A stretch of DNA of 64,000 nucleotides from Chiloscyllium plagiosum. Lineage: Eukaryota. Both the position numbers and the translations under genes were made by a program. The DNA is taken from NCBI RefSeq assembly GCF_004010195.1, contig NC_057750.1, positions 5,900,442 through 5,964,441 on the forward strand, in the 5' to 3' direction. Shown here one piece after another: positions 63,885 to 64,000 of this stretch; position 1 is the stretch's first letter; each line of letters starts with the position of its first letter. Under the pieces are notes generated by a model, which saw nothing but the letters and a program-made list of their open reading frames with translations, did not search any database and was not told where the DNA came from.

Positions 63885-64000
63885 CTGGAAAACAAACAGG
63901 GTCCGTTAGAAAGGACAAGTATCTATATAGCGCCTTTCACAATCTCAGGACATCCCATGGGTGGCTCAGTGGTTAGCACTATTGCCTCACAGCACCAAGG

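Overview
Repeat-dense vertebrate genomic DNA. The repeat complement (HE1/V-SINE-type tRNA SINEs, CR1 LINEs, Penelope-like elements, Gypsy LTR elements) points to a cartilaginous fish, probably a shark; this is an inference. The only clear host gene is a two-coding-exon BMP2/4/16-family gene on the minus strand (36613-36256 joined to 31424-30598, 394 aa). Its mature domain carries BMP16-type residues ([17 protein letters not shown]). A candidate non-coding first exon lies at about 48.9-49.15 kb, and a candidate terminal exon of an upstream neighbour gene at about 63.1-63.9 kb. The most unusual observation concerns one Gypsy LTR family. All three copies in the window carry insertions at the LTR TATA box. 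Two of these are independent copies of an unrecognised, non-coding element with a terminal AATAAA and A-rich end, inserted at the same nucleotide with ~75-bp target duplications. This looks like a sequence-specific retroposon that parasitises an LTR promoter. Other points of note: hammerhead-ribozyme-like cores in Penelope repeats, two related CR1 copies that share a nonsense codon and bracket bmp16 exon 3, and a minisatellite plus hairpin just after the bmp16 stop. Repeat boundaries were read by eye and are approximate unless junction sequences are quoted.
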